Shown here: positions 34,355 through 37,038 of the stretch, piece after piece
Numbering within the stretch: position 1 is the first letter of the stretch
Layout: each line of letters opens with the position of its first letter
NCBI GenBank assembly: GCA_046757445.1
Contig: JBHHYG010000002.1
Location: 1 to 37,038, forward strand
Direction: 5' to 3'
Length of the DNA stretch: 37,038 bases
DNA from: Acidobacteriota bacterium
Lineage (GTDB): Bacteria > Acidobacteriota > UBA890
Notes under the pieces: model-generated
The model's database searches: none
Seen by the model: only the letters and a program-made list of their open reading frames with translations
Told to the model about the DNA's origin: nothing
Translations under genes and position numbers: made by a program

Positions 34355-35331
34355 ATGGTGTAGAGCACCTTCGCTTCGCCGCGCTCAGCGATCAACGCTT
34401 GGAAGTGCTCGACCAGCTTCCGTCGCCGCTTGAGCAACCCGTCGATCTCGGCACCACGCAGGAAAGGCTTGAGCCGCTCCTTCACCTCGGCCTCGTCCAG
34501 CTCTTGCAGCCTCTGCCACAAGGCTCGGCTAACCTCTCTCAGCTTGCTCGGGGTCTCGAGGTCGGGGTAGCGACGAAAGGCGCGAGTGTGGTCGATGAGC
34601 CACATGTTCCAGCCGGAGTCTAGAAGGATGTTGCCCTGGTTGCGATCGAGGTTGTAGACGAGGTTGTCGAAGAGTCGCATCAGGTAAACCTGATGTCGCC
34701 AGCGGCCAAGATCGGGCGGCTGCACGCTTTTTTCGACTCGCGACATTTCGGTCATGCCTTGCTCTACCCATGCCTGCAGCGAGCCCTTCTTGTTCTTAAC
34801 CTTGCGCAAGACCGCCGGCGGCACGATGTCCAGCCCCAGCATTTTGGAGAGCTCATAGGCGGCGCACTCGAAAATGTAGCTATCGCGAAAGAAAGGATGG
34901 AGGCGCTTGCCGATGCGCACTGAATCCTTGGTGATGTCCACATAGCGGAAGACCGCGTGCATACGGACGCCATCTTTCTCCAGCAGAACCTTGCGCGGGT
35001 CGGTGACCCCCTGCGGGATATCCTTGACCTCGACGACCGCCGCCGTGCGCAAAAACTCTTCCACCTCTTCGTTGCTCTGGAATGGCAAGGGCTCACCGTC
35101 TGCTCCCAACAGCACTCTCTCGTGCGCTTGAGCGCCCGGCGCCGAACCCGGCCAGCGGCTCTCGCCGACCGCAGCAACCGAGCTCATGGAGAATGTCTCG
35201 CCAGCAGATGTCGGCTCTGAGTGCACCACTGCCGCCAATGCACCCACCAACACCATCGCCATGGTGCCCCGCCAGCGTGTAGCCGTAACCCAGCTCCGGC
35301 TCCTCGAGCCCCGATCCGGTTTCGTGCTCAT
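34351..35331 (-). CDS. Exported protein with a PI3/PI4-kinase type-II-like catalytic-core pattern (putative; function unknown)
   Basis: ATG 35331 has AGGAGA 8 nt upstream. The N-terminus has a basic region plus MAMVLVGALAAVVHS. ECAAYELSKMLGLDIVPPAVL...GSLQAWVE, LFDNLVYNLDRNQGNILL and WLIDHTRAF resemble, from memory, the PI4K-II segments (E.A..L...L.IVP.T, GS.Q.FV, LDY.I.N.DR...N.L, IDNGLAF). Confidence 0.8.
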   Translation of the reverse strand: MSTKPDRGSRSRSWVTATRWRGTMAMVLVGALAAVVHSEPTSAGETFSMSSVAAVGESRWPGSAPGAQAHERVLLGADGEPLPFQSNEEVEEFLRTAAVVEVKDIPQGVTDPRKVLLEKDGVRMHAVFRYVDITKDSVRIGKRLHPFFRDSYIFECAAYELSKMLGLDIVPPAVLRKVKNKKGSLQAWVEQGMTEMSRVEKSVQPPDLGRWRHQVYLMRLFDNLVYNLDRNQGNILLDSGWNMWLIDHTRAFRRYPDLETPSKLREVSRALWQRLQELDEAEVKERLKPFLRGAEIDGLLKRRRKLVEHFQALIAERGEAKVLYTI

Positions 35332-35418
35332 TGCCCTTTCTCCTGTCTTGTAAGCGATGGTTTCAAGTGAGAGCAGCTCACCCCACACGACCGCCCGCAA
35401 ACACCTCCCAGCAGGATG

Positions 35419-36321
35419 CTACTCATCACGGTTCATTGCCAGGGCATGGTCGGGCCCGCAGAGGTCGAACAGCTCGGAACGCTTTCTCCAAAACAAAATG
35501 CCGACCACGACGGCGGCGATGACCAGGCCGGCGCCGAACTCTCCGGTAATCCATGCCGTCACCCCGGTATCGGCGGTCAGCAGGTCGAAGTAGCTCTGGA
35601 TGAACAAATTGTGGCTGGCGTGCAAGATCATTCCGGTCCACAAGCTGCCAGACTTCAACCTTAGCCAAGCGAACGCAAAGCTGATGGCCAGGACCATGAC
35701 GGTGAAACATAAAAGAGAAAACCACACGGGGGTCTTGCCGCGATAGTCAGCGAAGAGAATTACCGGGTAGTGCCAGACAGCCCAGATCGCGCCGCTAGCC
35801 AGCGCTGTCTTGGTGAAGCTGGTCATCCGCGCCAGCTGTGGAACCAGAAGTCCCCGCCAGCCGATCTCCTCCCCCAGAGCGCTGAGGCAGCTGCGCACGA
35901 AGCCCAACGTTCCCGACAGGAGCAGGTAGAGAAGAAGAACCGCGCCCTCGGGCAGCGCGCTCCATCCGAATCGGGTCGTTATCTGCTGGAGGATCCCGGC
36001 GTCGATCTTGCCCAGCCCAGACAGCCAAACGGGAACGTAGACCACCCCCGCGTATCCCAACGGAAGAGCGTAGGCCACCAGCTGGTAACGGGTCTTGCCC
36101 CAGCCCCAACCGAGGTCTCTGAAGCTCCCGCGCAGCAGCAAGGAGGTGGTCAGGGCGGCCAATCCAGGACACCACATCAACCCCAGCACGTACAGCCCGC
36201 CGGCCGCAGCGAGTCTGCCGCCGGTGATGATGCGGTAATAGAACACCGAGCTGAAAGCAAAGGTCAGCACCAGATAGGTGATGATCGCTTTCCCCGCCTC
36301 TCTCGCGTCCTTAGTCTCCAT
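35419..36321 (-). CDS. CPBP-family intramembrane glutamic metalloprotease (CAAX protease / Abi)
   Basis: Multi-TM with motif 1 GEEIGWRG (EExxxR), motif 2 WAVWH (FxxxH-type) and motif 3 HASHN (HxxxN). Start set to ATG 36321 (METKDAREAG); the tracked N-terminal 64 aa are Arg/Ser/Pro-rich and unlikely to be coding. Confidence 0.85.
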   Translation of the reverse strand: METKDAREAGKAIITYLVLTFAFSSVFYYRIITGGRLAAAGGLYVLGLMWCPGLAALTTSLLLRGSFRDLGWGWGKTRYQLVAYALPLGYAGVVYVPVWLSGLGKIDAGILQQITTRFGWSALPEGAVLLLYLLLSGTLGFVRSCLSALGEEIGWRGLLVPQLARMTSFTKTALASGAIWAVWHYPVILFADYRGKTPVWFSLLCFTVMVLAISFAFAWLRLKSGSLWTGMILHASHNLFIQSYFDLLTADTGVTAWITGEFGAGLVIAAVVVGILFWRKRSELFDLCGPDHALAMNRDE

Positions 36322-36533
36322 GCCCGGCTCCCACCCCGAGGGTATCGTGCCTTCTCGTCGCTTCCCACCCGCTGGCCGGAAGCACGCCGAACCGCACTCC
36401 GGTGACATGCCCGGGTGGCGGGCTAGGGTACCGCGCCTGGGCCTGGTGAGCACAGGCAAGAAGGAAGAAGACGTCGATCGAACGCTTCGATCCCCGATCC
36501 CGGCTACGCTCATGGGCCAGTGTTACAGTGGAG

Positions 36534-36575
36534 CTAGCCCGAACTTCTCAACGGGTCGTCTAGCGAGCGGGCGCA
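36534..36575. repeat. Partial one-arm copy, subfamily 2 (CTAGCCCGAACTTCTCAACGGGTCGTCTAGCGAGCGGGCGCA)
   Basis: Matches the left arm of the 34281 and 33213 copies. It lies immediately upstream of the murA ribosome-binding site. Confidence 0.8.
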
Positions 36576-36592
36576 CGAGGAGGAGATCGCAG

Positions 36593-37038
36593 GTGCAGAA
36601 GTTGCGTATCATCGGCGGCCACAGGTTGAGGGGCGAAGTGCCTACGGGAGGCGCCAAGAACGCGGCCCTGCCAGCGCTCGTCGCCACCCTCATGTGCAAC
36701 GACGAATTACGGCTAAGCAACGTGCCAGATGTGCGTGACGTGGGGACCATCTGCCGGCTTCTGCAGCACCTGGGCGTCGAGGTGCAACGTCCCGCCCCCG
36801 GTGAGGTGATCACCAAGGTCCATAGTCTGGAGTGCTGCGATGCACCCTACGAGCTGGTCAAGACGATGCGGGCTTCCTTTTTGGTTCTCGGCCCGATGTT
36901 GGCTCGTACCGGCCGTGCGCGCGTCTCGCTACCGGGAGGGTGTGCGATCGGCGCGCGTCCGGTGGACCGTCACCTCGCCGCCTTTACCAGCCTGGGTGCT
37001 GATATCAGGGTCGAGCACGGCTACGTGGTAGCGGAGGC
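36593..37038 (+). CDS. murA: UDP-N-acetylglucosamine 1-carboxyvinyltransferase, 5' part (runs off the window)
   Basis: It is not in the ORF track because it has no stop in the window. GTG 36593 has GAGGAGGAG upstream. The translation VQKLRIIGGHRLRGEVPTGGAKNAALPALVATL...APYELVKTMRASFLVLGPMLARTGRARVSLPGGCAIGARPVDRHL matches the MurA N-terminus, including the catalytic-loop Cys context. Confidence 0.9.
   Translation, partial: MQKLRIIGGHRLRGEVPTGGAKNAALPALVATLMCNDELRLSNVPDVRDVGTICRLLQHLGVEVQRPAPGEVITKVHSLECCDAPYELVKTMRASFLVLGPMLARTGRARVSLPGGCAIGARPVDRHLAAFTSLGADIRVEHGYVVAE

Noticed and set aside
152-36575. Possibility that the repeated 20-40 nt units are a CRISPR array or several arrays
   Set aside because: The copies are scattered kilobases apart in both orientations. 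They are palindromic with a conserved interior rather than separated by regular unique spacers. No cas genes are present.

Overview
GC-rich bacterial chromosomal segment. The gene order fits a Gram-negative organism, possibly Acidobacteriota-like, but I cannot prove the taxon from sequence alone. About 33 CDS and 4 tRNAs are supportable. The left half (1-20.5 kb) is accessory or metabolic: a lipoprotein, a secreted propeller-like protein, an APC permease, two translationally coupled amidohydrolase-fold genes, a small membrane protein, a CheY-like regulator convergent with a soluble GAF-GAF-PAS-PAS hybrid histidine kinase, a Zn alcohol dehydrogenase, a monofunctional proline dehydrogenase, an ABC-2 exporter pair, and an SLC13-type permease with four TrkA-C domains. 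The middle (20.5-33.1 kb) is a conserved housekeeping block: skp, tRNA-His/Arg/Lys/Leu, tig, clpP, clpX, lon, engB, rho, rpmE, a small SAM methyltransferase, prfA and prmC. The right end has three accessory genes (a PAP2 phosphatase, a PI3/PI4-kinase type-II-like exported protein and a CPBP intramembrane protease) inserted before murA. I found no recognisable defence, toxin-antitoxin, CRISPR, prophage or secretion system. The most unusual signal is non-coding. It is a dense family of palindromic MITE/REP-like repeats with ends CTAGCCCG-N5-CTCAWCGG. There are 12 copies, three of them full length at exactly 184 bp. All copies lie in the accessory parts and none in the housekeeping block. Their CTAG termini coincide with the stop codons of several flanking genes. 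Left and right arms co-vary within each copy. Start codons are estimates; stop codons are firm.
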